From the human T2T-CHM13v2.0 reference genome, Homo sapiens: a DNA stretch of 64,000 nt. The stretch is from the NCBI RefSeq assembly GCF_009914755.1, contig NC_060927.1; one strand, written 5' to 3'. Positions 62,854 through 64,000 of the stretch are shown here, piece by piece (the first letter of the stretch is position 1; every line of letters begins with the position of its first letter). Position numbers and translations under genes: made by a program. The notes under the pieces were generated by a model. That model searched no databases. It was not told the DNA's origin and saw only the letters and a list, made by a program, of their open reading frames with translations.

Positions 62854-64000
<1,147 letters not shown>

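Overview
Primate (human-like) non-coding genomic DNA dominated by interspersed repeats. No host protein-coding exon, RNA gene or CRISPR array can be supported. Long ORFs are L1 ORF1/ORF2/ORF0 remnants, Alu read-through or chance ORFs. Contents: five L1PA-type insertions (about 18 kb: one 5'-truncated, one full-length antisense with TSD, three with 5' inversions of twin-priming type), six Alus, many MaLR/ERVL solo LTRs (THE1, MST, MLT1, MLT2A1, LTR16, LTR33), an L2, MIRs and DNA-transposon MITEs (MER3, MER44, MER53, MER104). Most notable: (1) at 60.5-64 kb an L1 with a complete 5' end has its first ~690 nt of 5'UTR inverted and sits ~20 nt downstream of the TATA box of a HERV-L (MLT2A1) LTR, which places the LTR promoter, the L1 antisense promoter, an extended 187-aa ORF0, ORF1 and ORF2 all on the + strand; (2) an apparent ectopic gene-conversion tract between two co-oriented L1s 13.6 kb apart; (3) three independent fold-back (template-switch) mutations, each creating a perfect 10-bp-stem hairpin inside a repeat. 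Repeat subfamily names are from recalled consensus sequences and boundaries of old repeats are approximate.
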